This document shows positions 42,882 through 51,543 of a stretch of DNA of 52,149 bases, piece after piece. The number at the start of each line of letters is the position of its first letter. Position 1 is the first letter of the stretch. The stretch is from an uncultured bacterium (GTDB taxonomy: Bacteria > Sysuimicrobiota > Sysuimicrobiia > Sysuimicrobiales > Humicultoraceae): assembly GCA_964526945.1 (NCBI GenBank), contig CAZGNA010000002.1:1-52149 (forward strand). Direction: 5' to 3'. Below the pieces are notes generated by a model. The model saw nothing but the letters and a program-made list of their open reading frames with translations. It ran no database searches and had not been told where the DNA came from. Position numbers and translations under genes: made by a program.

Positions 42882-44659
42882 GTGCTGGGGGTGCGATGGC
42901 CCGCACGGTGGCGGTGTTCGCCGTGCTGTATGCGGCGACGGCCGGCTACCTTGTGGCCTTCCGCGCCGGGGCGGCAACGTCCGCCGTGCCGTTGTGGTTG
43001 CTGGTTGTCGCGCCCCTCGCGTGCTTGGCGCTGACCCTGCACCGGGTCAGGACGCTGCATGACCTGGAGGCCAGCGCGTGGTGCGCAGCCGCCGTGCCGC
43101 AGATCCTGGCCCTCGTGCTCGCGGTGCGGGTGGCTCTGCAACCGGCCGGCCCGGTCCTGCCGGGTCTCGATCCGTACACCGAGTACGCGGCCGCATTCCG
43201 TATCAGCCTGCGCGGGTGGCCCCTTCCCGAGGTCGCCTTCGCCTCGCAGGCCGCGTTCCCGCTGGTCCACGTCCTGGCTCTCATGACCTCAACACTCACA
43301 GGTGCCGATCTGTTCACCGTGGTGAAGTGGCTGCCGTCTGTGTACACCCTGGCGTCCATCCTGCTGATCTTCGGCATGGCACTGCGGTTCGGCTGGCATC
43401 CGTTCGTGGCCCTCTACGCCGCATTTGCTGTGGCGTTCACGTACATGTTCTTCTTCTTCCACGCGTTGTTCATTCGTGAGGGCCTCGCGTACGTGCTAGG
43501 CTTGGGCCTTGTGTACGCCGTCGCCGCAGCCAGGACGGGCCCCGCGCCCTGGCGGCTCGTCGCGGCAATGTTTGGTGCATCGATGATCCTTGCCCATCAC
43601 CTGGGCCCGGTGTTGTTCGGCGGCTTCCTCGTGTGCTGGCTGGTGCTGGAAGTTGCGCTGTCGTGGCGGGACCAGGTGCGACGGGCAGCAGGGCGGTCGT
43701 GGCTCGTGTGGAGTGGCGTGCTGGTGGTCGGGCTTGCGGTGGCGCAGCAGCTCTACTGGGCCCAGGTCGCCGCAGCCCCCCGCAGGAGCATAGCACCGGT
43801 CTTGAGCACGGTCGAGAAAGGCGCATCGCCGGAGGTCGGATCGCCCGCAGTGGCGGGCGGTGTGCCAGCGGTCTGGGGGCTGCTGGAACGGATCGTGGGG
43901 AAGCGCGCGCTCCCGTTGCTTTTCGATGCCCGCACACGGGCGCTGCTCTTGGGCCAGGTGCTGGCGGCCACGGTCGGGGGCCTTATGGTCCTGGCGGGCG
44001 TGGTGAGATTTCGGGAACTCCGGACGCCGGTCTTCTTCGCCTGTATCCTGTGGACCACCGGAATGGGCGTCCTCAGCCTCTTGACCCTGACCGGCCGCGT
44101 GCTGCCTTATGAGTCGGTCGCGCTGGCCTCACGTTTCGAAACCCTCGGGTTCTTGGCCCTGATGCTCGTGATAGCGCAGGTGGGAGTGCGACTCCGGTCC
44201 GGGTGGGTGGTCATTGCATTCGCCGGACTGTGGGCTCTGCTGAATCTCTACCGGGCTGCCCCGTACGTTGCAGCCAGCGTGCGGTCTCCAAAGACGCCGG
44301 CGGAGTTGGCGTCGCAGTACGTCGTGCGGCCGTCCGAGGTAGCTGCGACCCGGTGGGTGCCGGCCGGAGCCACGCTGGGGCTGGACTACTGGCTGCAGGA
44401 CGTCTTTAGGGCCTACCAGGCGCTCGAAGCTCGTCGGCCATACGTGTACCGGGGGGCGTACCTTCGAGAGATATTCGAGGGCAACCGCGAGGCTGCCGGC
44501 TATCTACGTCGTCGTCGGATTGCCTACCTTGTCGTTGGAGCTCGTGGATGCCTGGCACTCGGCGAAGTCCGCTGCACGGCGCTGCAACACGACCCGACCC
44601 TGTCCAGGTTTTACGACAACGGCAACGTGCGGATCTATGCCGTGCGACCCTCCCCCTAG
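42878..44659 (+). CDS. 593-aa polytopic membrane protein, GT-C-fold glycosyltransferase/polymerase candidate
   Basis: About 12 or more hydrophobic helices, an early loop 'GLDPYTEYAAAFR' and a soluble C-terminal ~120 aa. GTGA overlap with the DUF1616 gene. I recognised no WWDxG motif. Confidence 0.45.
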   Translation: MSAGGAMARTVAVFAVLYAATAGYLVAFRAGAATSAVPLWLLVVAPLACLALTLHRVRTLHDLEASAWCAAAVPQILALVLAVRVALQPAGPVLPGLDPYTEYAAAFRISLRGWPLPEVAFASQAAFPLVHVLALMTSTLTGADLFTVVKWLPSVYTLASILLIFGMALRFGWHPFVALYAAFAVAFTYMFFFFHALFIREGLAYVLGLGLVYAVAAARTGPAPWRLVAAMFGASMILAHHLGPVLFGGFLVCWLVLEVALSWRDQVRRAAGRSWLVWSGVLVVGLAVAQQLYWAQVAAAPRRSIAPVLSTVEKGASPEVGSPAVAGGVPAVWGLLERIVGKRALPLLFDARTRALLLGQVLAATVGGLMVLAGVVRFRELRTPVFFACILWTTGMGVLSLLTLTGRVLPYESVALASRFETLGFLALMLVIAQVGVRLRSGWVVIAFAGLWALLNLYRAAPYVAASVRSPKTPAELASQYVVRPSEVAATRWVPAGATLGLDYWLQDVFRAYQALEARRPYVYRGAYLREIFEGNREAAGYLRRRRIAYLVVGARGCLALGEVRCTALQHDPTLSRFYDNGNVRIYAVRPSP

Positions 44660-44670
44660 GAGCAGATACG

Positions 44671-45789
44671 ATGCGCATTCCGGCCGCTCGCATCATCGTG
44701 CCCGAGGAAGACGAGCGATGGGTCCTGGAGCAGATACGCCAGGTGCTCAGGAGCGGCCGGTTGACCCTGGGAACCTACACGCAGCAGTTTGAGGAAGCCT
44801 GCGCCGCAGCCCACGGCGTGCGGCACGCGGTGGCTGTCAGCAGCGGGACGGCCGCGTTGGAGATTGTGCTCCGCGCGCTGGGGGCTGCCGGGGGCGAGGT
44901 CGTGGTGCCGGCCAACACGTTCTTCGCCACGGCGGCCGCGGTCCTTCACGCTGGTGCGCGCGTGCGGTTCGCCGACGTCGATCCGGCCACGTTCGCTCTG
45001 TCGTGGCAGACGATCGAACCGCAACTGCGCCCGCAGACCCGGGGCGTGGTCGTGGTGCACATCGGCGGCCTGATGTCGCCCGAGCTGCCAGAGATCGTAC
45101 GCGCCTGCGCGGCGCGGGGCCTGTGGGTGGTGGAGGACGCAGCCCATGCGCACGGCTGTACGCTCATGGGAAGACCAGCGGGGAGCTTCGGGGTGGCCGC
45201 CGCGCTGTCGTTCTATCCCACCAAGGTAGTTACCGCGGGCGAGGGCGGCATGGTCCTCACCAACGACGCAGAGTTAGCCGCCGAGGCACGAGTCTATCGG
45301 GATCAGGGCAAGCAGGGGTTCGAGACCAACGTACACGTGCGGCTGGGGAGCAACTGGCGCCTGAGCGAGATGCATGCGATCCTGGGGCTGTCCCAGCTCC
45401 GGCGGCTGGCGACGTTCGTTCGGCAGCGCCGGACGGTGGCGGGCTGGTACGACGACCTGCTGCATGGGCACCGGGAGCTCCACCCCGTGTCGCCGGCCGC
45501 CGGGGTGGAGAGCAACTACTACAAGTACATTGTGATGCTCCCCAACGGCGTGGATCGGACGGCCCTGAAGCGCCGACTGCGCGAGGAGTACGGGGTCAGC
45601 CTGAGTGGCGAGGTCTACGAGGTGCCGCTCCACCAGCAGCCGATATTCGCACCGTTCGCCCAGGGCCCGCTCCCGGCCGCGGAACGGATCTGCCAGCGGC
45701 ACATCTGCTTGCCGATCTATCCGACGATGACACGAGACGAGGCGTCCTACGTCGTCAGGAGCCTCGTGGCGGCTCTCTGCCGCACCTGA
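44671..45789 (+). CDS. DegT/DnrJ/EryC1/StrS-family sugar aminotransferase
   Basis: AGGAG lies 8 nt upstream. 'AVSSGTAALE', 'VEDAAHAHG' and 'SFYPTKVVTAGEGGM' (PLP Lys). Confidence 0.9.
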   Translation: MRIPAARIIVPEEDERWVLEQIRQVLRSGRLTLGTYTQQFEEACAAAHGVRHAVAVSSGTAALEIVLRALGAAGGEVVVPANTFFATAAAVLHAGARVRFADVDPATFALSWQTIEPQLRPQTRGVVVVHIGGLMSPELPEIVRACAARGLWVVEDAAHAHGCTLMGRPAGSFGVAAALSFYPTKVVTAGEGGMVLTNDAELAAEARVYRDQGKQGFETNVHVRLGSNWRLSEMHAILGLSQLRRLATFVRQRRTVAGWYDDLLHGHRELHPVSPAAGVESNYYKYIVMLPNGVDRTALKRRLREEYGVSLSGEVYEVPLHQQPIFAPFAQGPLPAAERICQRHICLPIYPTMTRDEASYVVRSLVAALCRT

Positions 45790-45795
45790 AGGGCT

Positions 45796-46548
45796 GTGGC
45801 GGCCAGCGCGGATTTCGCTGGGCGCTTGCGCCGGTTCGGTCGGAGCCTGGTGGGGCTGATCAGTGTTCACCGTGGCTACCTGCGACGGGATATGCGGCGG
45901 TTCGCTGCCCTGGTGGGCCGGTGCGACCTGGCGCTGGACGTCGGCGCCGGGACGAGTCCGTACGCGCGCCTGTTTCACACGAAGCGGCTGGTCCGCCTCG
46001 ACATCACGCCGCGCGAGTCCGTCATTTGCGCGGATTGTCAGCGGCTGCCTCTCAGATCGGGCATCGCCGATCTCATTCTCTGCACCGAGGTGCTGGAGCA
46101 CGTGCGCGACATGCGCGCGGCGCTCGACGAGATGGCGCGGGTGGTGAAGCCGGGGGGCTACCTCGTGGTGTCGATGCCGTTCCTTTGGGGGCGCCATGAG
46201 GCGACCGACGTGCGCCGGCTCACCGAGCCTGCGCTTGTCGAGCGACTGCGCCACCACGGGTTCGAGCCGCTGGAACTGCGGCGCCGGGGCGGCATCTTCT
46301 GCGCCATTGCCGGGCTTCTGACCCAGGTACCCAATCAGTTGTTCGGGCCGTTCGACGGACCTGGCGGTCTGCCGCGCATGGTCGCCGCGGCGGTCCTCTA
46401 CGCCGCCATCGCGCCGGTGGTGTGGCTCCTCGTGGCGGTCGATCCCCTCGATCGGCGGCAGGACTTCACCCTGGGGTACAGCGTGCTCGCCCGCCGCAGG
46501 CCCGCTCCAGGTGCCGTGCAGAGCACGCTGTCGGCCGGCCGCTCCTGA
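45796..46548 (+). CDS. class I SAM-dependent methyltransferase with hydrophobic C-terminal tail
   Basis: 'ALDVGAGTSPY', 'ADLILCTEVLEHV', 'VKPGGYLVVS'. C-terminal 'VAAAVLYAAIAPVVWLLVAV'. Confidence 0.75.
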   Translation: MAASADFAGRLRRFGRSLVGLISVHRGYLRRDMRRFAALVGRCDLALDVGAGTSPYARLFHTKRLVRLDITPRESVICADCQRLPLRSGIADLILCTEVLEHVRDMRAALDEMARVVKPGGYLVVSMPFLWGRHEATDVRRLTEPALVERLRHHGFEPLELRRRGGIFCAIAGLLTQVPNQLFGPFDGPGGLPRMVAAAVLYAAIAPVVWLLVAVDPLDRRQDFTLGYSVLARRRPAPGAVQSTLSAGRS

Positions 46549-46556
46549 GGGCGTGC

Positions 46557-47870
46557 ATGGCCCGGGCCACGCACGCGGCGCTGGGGGCCGTCCTCCGCCT
46601 GCCACTCTATCGCCAGGCCACCCTGCTGGTGGTCAACACCGCGATGGTCTCTGCCGGTGGCCTTCTGTTCTGGTGGCTCGCAGCGCGGGTCAGCGCGCCC
46701 GGGCAAGTCGGGCTGGCGGCGGCCATGATCTCGTCGATGACGTTCCTGGTGACGCTGGCCAATCTCGGGATGGGGGCCGGGTTGATCCGGTTTCTGCCGT
46801 TGCAGGCTGATGGCGGCGCGTCCCTGATCGAGTCGATGGCCGCCACGGCCGTGCTGGTCGCGGTCGCGGCATCGGGGATTTTCGCCGCAGGGCTGGGGAT
46901 CTGGGCGCCCGCCCTCAGCGAGCTCCGGGAAACGCGCGGAGGCGTCGCGGTCTTCGTTGCCGGTACGACCCTTGCGACGGCGGCCACGCTTTTGGACAGC
47001 GCGTTGGTGGGGACGCGCGCGGCCCAGTACGTGGTCGTCAAGAACGGCGTGGCCTTGCTGGGACGAATCGTGTTCGTGCCCTTGCTGGCCGCCTTCGGCG
47101 CTGTGGGGCTCTTCACAGCCGTGGCGCTGGGGTTCGCCGCGGCCTTTGCCACCGCGTATTTTCTTCTCCTCCCCCGGGTCGTTGGCGTGCGGCTCCACCC
47201 TGTGCGGATTCGCAGGACGACGCTCGCGCGCGTACTGCCCTACTCGGCGAGCAACCTGCTCTCCGATCTCGTCGTGATCGCTCCGTCCGTGTACCTCCCG
47301 CTCCTGGTGCTGCACCGCTCAGGGGCGGAGGCGACGGGCTACTTCTACGTGGCCTGGCAGGCTGCGGGGGCGCTGTCCATCGTTCCGGGGGCGTTTGCGC
47401 TGTCGCTGTTCACCGAGGCTGCGCACGCCGAGTCCACCATGCTGGCCCACCTGCGCCGGGCCGTGGTGGGAACCGGGGCGCCCCTGGGGCTGGCAGTGGC
47501 GGTGGTGTGGTTGGCCGGTGGGTCGATCCTTGCGGTGTTCGGCAGGGCCTATGCGGAAGGCGGCACCGTACTGTTGCGGCTGTTCGCACTCGCCACCATT
47601 CCGGCGGCGGCCTGCTCTCTTGCATACTCGATTCTGCGGGTCCGACACCTCATGGCCTGGGTGGTTGGCGGCCAGGCGGCGTGTGCGTTGCTGGTGCTGG
47701 TGGGGGCCTGGAGCCTGACGGTCCGCCTTGGACTGGCGGGGGTCGGGTGGGCGTGGCTGGCCGCCAACACCATTGTGGCCGGCGTGGTCACCCCGGTGGC
47801 GCTCCGTCGGTCCCACGCCCCGGCGACGACCTCCACCGCCCGTCATCCCGCCGACGGTGGGCGGGGGTGA
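46557..47870 (+). CDS. Wzx-like polysaccharide flippase (MOP superfamily)
   Basis: Tail of ORF 46422..47870. It is about 437 aa and almost entirely hydrophobic, with ~12 TM helices, as in oligosaccharide flippases. Confidence 0.65.
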   Translation: MARATHAALGAVLRLPLYRQATLLVVNTAMVSAGGLLFWWLAARVSAPGQVGLAAAMISSMTFLVTLANLGMGAGLIRFLPLQADGGASLIESMAATAVLVAVAASGIFAAGLGIWAPALSELRETRGGVAVFVAGTTLATAATLLDSALVGTRAAQYVVVKNGVALLGRIVFVPLLAAFGAVGLFTAVALGFAAAFATAYFLLLPRVVGVRLHPVRIRRTTLARVLPYSASNLLSDLVVIAPSVYLPLLVLHRSGAEATGYFYVAWQAAGALSIVPGAFALSLFTEAAHAESTMLAHLRRAVVGTGAPLGLAVAVVWLAGGSILAVFGRAYAEGGTVLLRLFALATIPAAACSLAYSILRVRHLMAWVVGGQAACALLVLVGAWSLTVRLGLAGVGWAWLAANTIVAGVVTPVALRRSHAPATTSTARHPADGGRG

Positions 47871-47873
47871 GCC

Positions 47874-48566
47874 GTGGACCGGCCGGACCTCCAGCAGAGG
47901 ATGAAGGACTACTACGAAGAGTGGTGGGAGAACCCGGCGGACATCCGGGCAGTCATCTTCGACAGGCTGAATCGCTACGTACGGCAGCGCATTCCAGACG
48001 GCCGCGGCCGGCGGGCGCTCGATCTGGGCTCGGGCAAGGGCACGATCGTACGCTTTCTGGTGGAGCGAGGGTACGAGGTCACCGCCGTGGAGGTCAACGA
48101 GGCGCTCGCGGTCCGTCTGCGCCAGCGGTTTCCAGCGGTCCGGGTGGTGACCGCGGACGTCCGGGCCCTCGATCTGACGCCAGGGTTCGACCTGATCACC
48201 TGCATCGAACTTGTGCAGAATCTGCCGCCGGGCGACGTGCGGCTGCTGCTGACGCGACTGCGGGCACTGGGCGGCCGGTTGCTGATCAACGTGTCCAACC
48301 CCAGGTCCTTCCACGGCGCGTGGGTGCGGTTGCGAGGGTTCAAAGCGCCATTCGTGTGGATGTATACGCCCCGGGCCCTTCACGGGTATCTGCGCGCGGC
48401 CGGCTTCTGCGTGACGCACGTCCGCGGGATCGGGCTGGTCACACCGATCAGCTTGTACCCGGGGTTCCGGGGCGTGCTCGTGCCGCCGGTCGTCGCGCGG
48501 CTACTCGAACCGGCGGATCGGCTCGCCCCCAGCCTGTGCCACCTCTATTACGTGGAAGCGGAGTGA
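47874..48566 (+). CDS. class I SAM-dependent methyltransferase
   Basis: 'ALDLGSGKGT' motif I and 'FDLITCIELVQNL'. It is the last gene of the plus-strand operon and overlaps the convergent gene by 19 nt. Confidence 0.8.
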   Translation: MDRPDLQQRMKDYYEEWWENPADIRAVIFDRLNRYVRQRIPDGRGRRALDLGSGKGTIVRFLVERGYEVTAVEVNEALAVRLRQRFPAVRVVTADVRALDLTPGFDLITCIELVQNLPPGDVRLLLTRLRALGGRLLINVSNPRSFHGAWVRLRGFKAPFVWMYTPRALHGYLRAAGFCVTHVRGIGLVTPISLYPGFRGVLVPPVVARLLEPADRLAPSLCHLYYVEAE

Positions 48567-49801
48567 GGGGGTTCCGGCAGTTTGCGGTACCCCAGCAGCG
48601 CTAGTACGAGCCACAACGCGACAGCCATGTAGAAGAACGTCAAGATGTGCTCGCGCAGGTCGTTGACCAACATCGCGACCATGGCGGCGACGGCGCTCAG
48701 CCGTACGTCGGGATCGACGGAACGGCTCGCCCAGCCGTGCCGCAGGCCGGTCGCCAGGAGCCACAGAAAGGACACGAGCCCTGTCAGGCCCAGTTCCGCG
48801 GCGACGCTCAGGAAGATATTGTGAGGCAGCGGGTCGGCGCCCGTGATGGGAACGGTCGTGGGATCCTGATAGCGGTGTACGACCTTCGGGTAAGCACCCG
48901 GGCCGACCCCCACAAGGGGGTGATCGAGAAACACGGCGGTGGCCAGGCTCCAGATGATCAGACGGTCGCGGTTCCCTTCCGCGCTGAGCGTGAAGCGCAG
49001 CATGGAACGCCACAGGCCGACCGTGCCGGGCTCTGACTGTCGCACGAACTGCTCGATCCGCGTACGAAACGGTGGCGTAGGCGCGACCGAGAGCACGAGG
49101 GCGACGAGGATGGCTATCGTCCCCGCGATCGGCCCCCGCAGGCGGGGAGTTGTCAGTGCGAGGACCAGCAGACCAGCGGTCCACCCCGCGGCCGCGGCAC
49201 GACTCAGCGTGGCCGTCAGCCCAAGTCCTGAGAGCAACAGCAAGAGAACGAGCGTCCGCGGCCGGCCGGCCCATCCGGCGACCCCGAGGAGTGAGCCGAC
49301 CATGAGGCCGAATCCCAACCTGTTGGCTTCGATGTGGGGAAGGAAGGCTCGGGGCGCCTGCTGGCTGAAGGCGTACCAGAACCCAGCCAGCGATGCCACG
49401 CCGGCGCCCAAGCCGAAGGCCCGCGCCAGCATCCTTGCCGTGGTCGGCCGCACGTTCAGGAGCCACAGGGTGGAACCTGTAAACAGGATGGTACCCCCGA
49501 TGGCCAGCACCGCGGATGGGATGGCGACGGACCGGACTTCCGAGGTGAGCGTCGACAACACAATCGCGGCCAGGAACGCCAGCACGGGCCTCGTCAACGG
49601 CCCCAGCGCGATCCGAGGGCGGCGGAGGCGTACGAGGTCGAGCACGACGACCGCCAGCAGTACCGGCGCCATGACAGACGCCGCGCCGAGCGGTGTGGAG
49701 AACGCGGTGAGCGCCAGCACCCAGCGGAGGTCGCGGTGCTCCCTCGCGGCCGGTGGCCCTGGGCGGGCGGTCGGCGGATCGGCTGCCACGCCGTTCAGCA
49801 C
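48548..49801 (-). CDS. O-antigen ligase/polymerase-like membrane protein (Wzy_C domain)
   Basis: Tail of ORF 48548..50458. Multi-TM, with 'TLSRAAAAGW' and 'PHNIFLSVAAELGLTGL' typical of WaaL/Wzy/PglL-type proteins. The start is GTG 49801 or 49789. Confidence 0.7.
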   Translation of the reverse strand: MLNGVAADPPTARPGPPAAREHRDLRWVLALTAFSTPLGAASVMAPVLLAVVVLDLVRLRRPRIALGPLTRPVLAFLAAIVLSTLTSEVRSVAIPSAVLAIGGTILFTGSTLWLLNVRPTTARMLARAFGLGAGVASLAGFWYAFSQQAPRAFLPHIEANRLGFGLMVGSLLGVAGWAGRPRTLVLLLLLSGLGLTATLSRAAAAGWTAGLLVLALTTPRLRGPIAGTIAILVALVLSVAPTPPFRTRIEQFVRQSEPGTVGLWRSMLRFTLSAEGNRDRLIIWSLATAVFLDHPLVGVGPGAYPKVVHRYQDPTTVPITGADPLPHNIFLSVAAELGLTGLVSFLWLLATGLRHGWASRSVDPDVRLSAVAAMVAMLVNDLREHILTFFYMAVALWLVLALLGYRKLPEPPHSAST

Positions 49802-50247
49802 CGACTTACCCGCCACAGGGCGAGGGCCGCACCTGCGGCGACAGACACCTGGGCCGCGATGCCCGAGCGCAGGTGTGCCCGCGGCACCGTGTGGTGGGGC
49901 GCGGCCGCGTGGAGGGGCGAGATGTCCAGGATGTGTCGAAGAGGCACGTCGATCAGGTCCGGGAGCAGGGCCCCGATCACACCGAGCCCGATGGCCCTCG
50001 GCCGCGCTGCCGGGCAGCGTGCCGCCAGCCACAGCAGGAAGGTCCCACCGACGATCGCCTCGAGCACGGCCTCGATCAAGGCGACTCGGCGCACGCTGGC
50101 AGAGCGACCATCGAAGGTCTCCGCCTCGGTGTGTGGCACGGCGTCCAGCAGGTAGTGGCTGACCAGACCGCCGCCCCACCCCAGGAGCGGTGTGGGAGCT
50201 ACCTGGCCGATCAGGGCTCCGGTCAGCATGTGCGCCAGCGGATGCAT
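49795..50247 (-). CDS. DUF457/YdjM-like membrane-bound metal-dependent hydrolase
   Basis: 150-aa ORF with 'MHPLAHMLTGALIG' and 'HYLLDAVPH' His motifs and hydrophobic helices. Confidence 0.55.
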   Translation of the reverse strand: MHPLAHMLTGALIGQVAPTPLLGWGGGLVSHYLLDAVPHTEAETFDGRSASVRRVALIEAVLEAIVGGTFLLWLAARCPAARPRAIGLGVIGALLPDLIDVPLRHILDISPLHAAAPHHTVPRAHLRSGIAAQVSVAAGAALALWRVSRC

Positions 50248-50348
50248 CGGGATCGCTCCACGGGTCCGACCTCTGAGTTCTTGCCCGTTCTCGCGACGCT
50301 CTTTGGTGAAAGGATGCCAGAGGCTTGGAGCGAAGTGAAGAGGCAGCC

Positions 50349-51326
50349 ATGAAAGCCATCATCCCCGTCGCCGGCGTCGGGCGCCGCCTGCGCCCCCACA
50401 CCCACACGCAGCCCAAGGCCCTCATGCACGTGGCGGGCCGGCCGATCCTCGGGCACATCCTGGACGAGCTGGTGGCCGCGGGGATCGACGAGGTCGTGCT
50501 GGTCGTCGGCCACCTGGGCGAGAAGATCGCCGAGTTCGTGCGCAGCCGCTACCGGCTGCGCGTCCACTTCGTGGAGCAGAAGGAACCGCTGGGCAACGGC
50601 CACGCCATCTACGTGGCGCGCGAGCACCTCGACGGCGACGGGGTGTTGATCGTCATGGGCGACACGGTGCTCAAGACCGACCTGCCCCAGGTCCTGGCCC
50701 TGGCGGAGTCGGCCATCGGCGTGCAGGAGGTGCTGGACCCCCGTCGGTTCGGCGTCGTCGAGGTGACCGATGGCCGCGTGCGCCGGCTGGTGGAGAAGCC
50801 CGAGCATCCCCCCAGCCACCTGGCCATCGTCGGGGTCTACCTCATCCGCCACCCGCGGTTGCTGGCCGAGTGCCTGGAGCGCCTCGTCGGGGAAGGCCGC
50901 ATGGTCAACGGCGAGTACTGGCTGGCGGACGCCCTGCAGATGATGGTCGACGCGGGCGAGGTGATGCGCACGTTCCCCATCTCGGGATGGTACGACTGTG
51001 GGACGCCGGAAGCCGTGCTGGTCGCCAACCGTGAACTGCTGGCCGCGGAAGGCATCACCTCGCCCGTGCCGGCGGGGTCGGTGGTCATCCCGCCCTCCTA
51101 CGTGGACCCCACCGCGCAGATCGAAGGCTCGGTGATCGGCCCCTTCACGTCCATCGCCGAGGGCGCCCGGGTGGTGCGCTCGGTCGTGCGCGACAGCATC
51201 GTGAACGCCGCCGCCTCCCTCGACGGCGTGCTCCTGGAGCGGTCGATCATCGGGGAGAACGCCTCGGTCGTCGGCCGGGCGGCGCGGATCAACCTGGGCG
51301 ATTCGTCGGCGATCGAGCTGGGGTAG
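50349..51326 (+). CDS. sugar-1-phosphate nucleotidyltransferase with C-terminal left-handed beta-helix (long RmlA/GlmU-N type)
   Basis: 'MKAIIPVAGVGRRLRPHTHTQPKALMHVAGRPIL' NTP_transferase signature and 'EKPEHPPSHLAIVGVY'. The C-terminus has hexapeptide-like repeats. Confidence 0.85.
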   Translation: MKAIIPVAGVGRRLRPHTHTQPKALMHVAGRPILGHILDELVAAGIDEVVLVVGHLGEKIAEFVRSRYRLRVHFVEQKEPLGNGHAIYVAREHLDGDGVLIVMGDTVLKTDLPQVLALAESAIGVQEVLDPRRFGVVEVTDGRVRRLVEKPEHPPSHLAIVGVYLIRHPRLLAECLERLVGEGRMVNGEYWLADALQMMVDAGEVMRTFPISGWYDCGTPEAVLVANRELLAAEGITSPVPAGSVVIPPSYVDPTAQIEGSVIGPFTSIAEGARVVRSVVRDSIVNAAASLDGVLLERSIIGENASVVGRAARINLGDSSAIELG

Positions 51327-51511
51327 TCCTCGTCGTTGGCTGGTGCGCCTGAGGGTGGGCCGACCGAGTGCAACGCCGAATGCCCAGGAACGTCTCTGTC
51401 GCTGCCGGTGGTGCGCCGGTGACGCGGTGAAGCACCCCGACGAGATCGAGCCGCAATAGTCTCCGTCGGTGCGCGTCCCGCGCTCCGGCGGGGTCATGAG
51501 GCGACGAGAAC

Positions 51512-51543
51512 ATCCAGGGATCCAGGGATCCAGGGATCCAGGG
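51512..51543. repeat. octanucleotide SSR (ATCCAGGG)x4, creating three GGATCC palindromes
   Basis: Read directly: c-ATCCAGGG-ATCCAGGG-ATCCAGGG-ATCCAGGG-ataatt, in the 302-bp intergenic region upstream of the last gene. Confidence 0.95.

Noticed and set aside
31944-50348. The lower-GC block as a mobile genomic island or prophage
   Set aside because: I saw no integrase, transposase, tRNA attachment site, flanking direct repeats or phage genes. The content is entirely glycan biosynthesis.
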